Below are positions 61,305 through 64,000 of a stretch of DNA of 64,000 bases, piece by piece; position 1 is the stretch's first letter, and each line of letters starts with the position of its first letter. The translations under genes were made by a program, and so were the position numbers. The stretch spans positions 109,804,001 through 109,868,000 of the forward strand of contig NC_058368.1 in NCBI RefSeq assembly GCF_018350175.1, in the 5' to 3' direction. Under the pieces are notes generated by a model. The model saw nothing but the letters and a program-made list of their open reading frames with translations. It had not been told where the DNA came from and searched no databases. This stretch comes from Felis catus. Lineage: Eukaryota.

Positions 61305-61835
61305 TGTAGCCAGAATAATGTCCCTCCATCCCCAAGATGTCAACACCCTAACTCCTGGAACCTCTGAATATGTTCCCTCCCATGGCAAAAGGACTTTGCA
61401 GATGTGATTAAGGGTAGGGACCTTGAGATGGGGAGATTATTTTGGATCATCCAGGTGGGACTCGTCTCATCACTAGTCCTTAACAGAGGGAGAGGAAGGC
61501 AGGATAGGTAAGAGAGATGTGATGTGTCAAGGTCTGCTGTTGCTGGCTTTGAAGATGGAGGAAGGGGGTCATGAACCAAAGGAGGCAGTGATCTCCACAA
61601 ACTGGGAATGACCCTCAGTCTAGAGCCAGCAAGAAATGGAACCTCTGTGAACAACTTCATGGTCAGGGGATGGGTTCTTCCTGAGAGCCTCCAGAATGGA
61701 ACCTAGCCTGCAGATGCTTGAGTTTAGTCTGCTCAGACCTGTGTTAGACTTCTGACTTCTGGAAAATACTGTAAAAGAATACATTTGCGTTGTCTCAAGT
61801 CACCAAGTTTGTAATAATTTGTGAAGGCACCGTGA
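61305..61835 (+). mobile_element. MaLR solo LTR (MLT1D-like)
   Basis: catggcaaaaggactttgcagatgtgattaagg..gaccttgagatggggagattat...gctggctttgaagatggaggaagggg...acttctgacttc. Confidence 0.88.
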
Positions 61836-61867
61836 AAGGATTTTAATCTAAAATAGCACCAGTGGAT

Positions 61868-62057
61868 GGGACATGTGGGTGGCTCAGTCAGTGGAGCATC
61901 CAACTTTTGATTTTGGCTCAGGTCATAATCTCCTGGTGTTTGAGTTTGAGCCCCCCATTGAGCTCTGGGCTGACAGTGTGGACCCTGCTTGGATTCTTTA
62001 TCTCTTCCTCTCTCTGCCCCTCCCCTGCTCGCTCACACGTGCGCGCGCGCGCGCGCG

Positions 62058-62089
<32 letters not shown>

Positions 62090-62200
62090 CTCTCTCTCTC
62101 TCTGTCTGTCTCTCTCTGTCTCTCTCTCGCTCTCTGTCTCTCTCTTTCTCTATTTCTCTCTTAAAATAAATAAACTTAAAGTATACATATAAAAAATAAA
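61868..62200 (+). mobile_element. Can-SINE with a (GC)n(AC)n(TC)n expansion
   Basis: Sense body; flanked by aaaatag..ccagtggat. Confidence 0.9.
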
Positions 62201-63059
62201 ATAGACCCAGTGGATAGAAGTGGAGAATTTCACACATGTGCCCTCAGAAGAACAGAACTTAACCAAGAGACTGAGTCGTGTAAATGCCTGACCAAAAAAC
62301 ATTTGACAAGAATCTCTCCCCATCCTCAAGCCAGTGAACTTACTGCTTGGACTCCAGCTGCACTTTCCCTCATTGGCACTGCTTGCCATAAACACAGCGT
62401 GCCCCGAACCCTCGGTGTACTGCCCTGACTGCCTGTTCCTTTGCAGTTCCTTTGCTATTCTTCTTGAATAGATTCAATTTATGGTAATTCAAGCCTGCCT
62501 TGGTTTACCTCTTTATTTACGTTGACAGCAGCCCTAGAAAACAAATCCAGTGGTGTTCTCTGGTGTGACCACACCACATCTCTTTAGCCATTCCCCTGTT
62601 GATGATGGATGCTTAAAGTTCCCAGTTTCCTCTGTTACCCATGGTCCAGCTGAGAATTCCTTATATATACTTCTTTGTGCCCAATGGAAGATACTGTTCT
62701 AAGATAGTGTGTTCTCAGTGTATCTTTAGTAATCCCCAGTAAGAAATACATTTTATGTACAGACTCAGTGCACACATCCACATACAAAACTTAAATGAAA
62801 ATCTCAAGAAACTGTACTTGTTCCTACTACCTGTTTTGCATTCTGATATTTTTTAGGCTACTCTATTCTATTCCATTCATAGCCAGTGCTGGTTGCCAGC
62901 CTCTGTCGTTCTCTGTTCACAAATAGATCTCGACCTCTGGTTTGACAAACACTGATCTAGAGGCTGCTAGGTCACTTATGATGACATTCTCCAGTTTCAC
63001 AGTCAGAAAATCTAGAAATCAGCTCTTCTCTCATTTATGTAAGTTTTATGTTATGGTTT

Positions 63060-64000
63060 AGTGTTTTTAAAATTATTTTTTATTTTTAATGCTTTTTATT
63101 TTGAAAGAGTTAGGGATTCACAGGAAGTTGCTAAGATGGTACCTGAGAGGTCCTGTGTACCCCTCTCCCAGTTTCCCTAATGATTACATCACACATCATT
63201 ATGGTACAGTGTTAAAATCAGGAAACTGATATTGATACATTAGGTCTCTGTAGTTCTGTCATTTTATCATGTGTAGATTTGTGTCAATACCACTGCACTT
63301 GGGATACAGAACTATTCTATTGCTGTAAAAATTTCCCTCTTGCTACTTCTTTGTAGTCAAACCCATTCCCCCTTTCCTCAACCATCCCTAACCTTGGTAA
63401 TTACTAATCTGTTTCACATCTCCATAATTTGCCATTTTGCGAATGTAATGTCGATGGAATCTCCTAGTAAGTGACATTTTGAGACTGGCTTTTTTCATGC
63501 TGTGTCAAGTCCCTGAGATGCATCCAAGTTGTGTGTGTCAATAGTTCCTTTATCTTCATGGATGAGTGGTGTTCTATGCTGTGGATGTATCATGGTTTAA
63601 TTATTTACCTATTAAGGGAGGTTTTGGTTGTTTCCATTTTTTTGTTTTTATAATCTGCTCTGAGCAATCATATATAAGCGTTGTTTAGATCTAAGTCTTT
63701 ATCTAGGATTTCTGGGTCGAATGTAATTGCTGGGTCATAGGATTGGTATATTTCTTGTTTGTAGATAGTTGACCCTCAGTGTTAAATTAGTTTCAGGTGT
63801 ACAACATAGTAATTCGACAACTCCGTGATGCTCACCCCAATGTAGCTAGTATATTTTTAGTTTTTTAAAAAAGTAACTGCCAAACTGCTTTCCAGAGTGT
63901 CTGTACCATTTCATGTTCCCACCAGCAATGTGTGAGAGATTGAATTTCTCTCCCTACTGATCAGCATTTGGCAATGTTACTATTTATGTTACTGTTCTAG
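63060..64000 (-). mobile_element. Old L1M-type 3' region
   Basis: ttcacaggaagttgc, ttttgagactggctttttt, aactgccaaactg..ttccagagtg..tgtaccattt..ttcccaccagcaatgtgtgagag. Confidence 0.8.

Noticed and set aside
1..64000. A novel prokaryote-style system (CRISPR array, operon, defence island)
   Set aside because: The sequence is intron-containing mammalian DNA. The recurring motifs are dispersed SINEs, not regularly spaced repeats.
12100..64000. FSTL4 or other gene exons downstream of HSPA4
   Set aside because: I recognised no follistatin, Ig or other coding motifs in any frame. Small or non-coding exons cannot be excluded by eye.

Overview
Mammalian genomic DNA, almost certainly a felid (carnivore tRNA-Lys-derived Can-SINEs throughout, including young SINEC_Fc-type copies). 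Positions 1-9991 hold the 3' coding half of HSPA4 (Apg-2, HSP110 family) on the + strand: the end of one exon plus six complete coding exons, all joined by phase-0 GT-AG introns and ending ...[10 protein letters not shown] 3' UTR with candidate poly(A) signals follows to about 12 kb. The other ~52 kb appears intergenic (in human the next gene is FSTL4, but I find none of its exons). It contains SINEs, L1, L2, MIR, MaLR LTRs, DNA-transposon fossils and microsatellites, plus repeat-free candidate regulatory blocks (a co-oriented CTCF cluster at 15.4-18.1 kb and homeobox/Sox/TCF-rich blocks at 31.2, 45.3 and 49.6 kb). I found no convincing new biological system. The most interesting items are nested retroposon insertions that can be ordered from their TSDs, a possible SINE-driven circRNA with a stop-free reading frame, the insulator/enhancer candidates and a (GC)13 Z-DNA tract. 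Repeat family names and boundaries come from visual recognition and are approximate.
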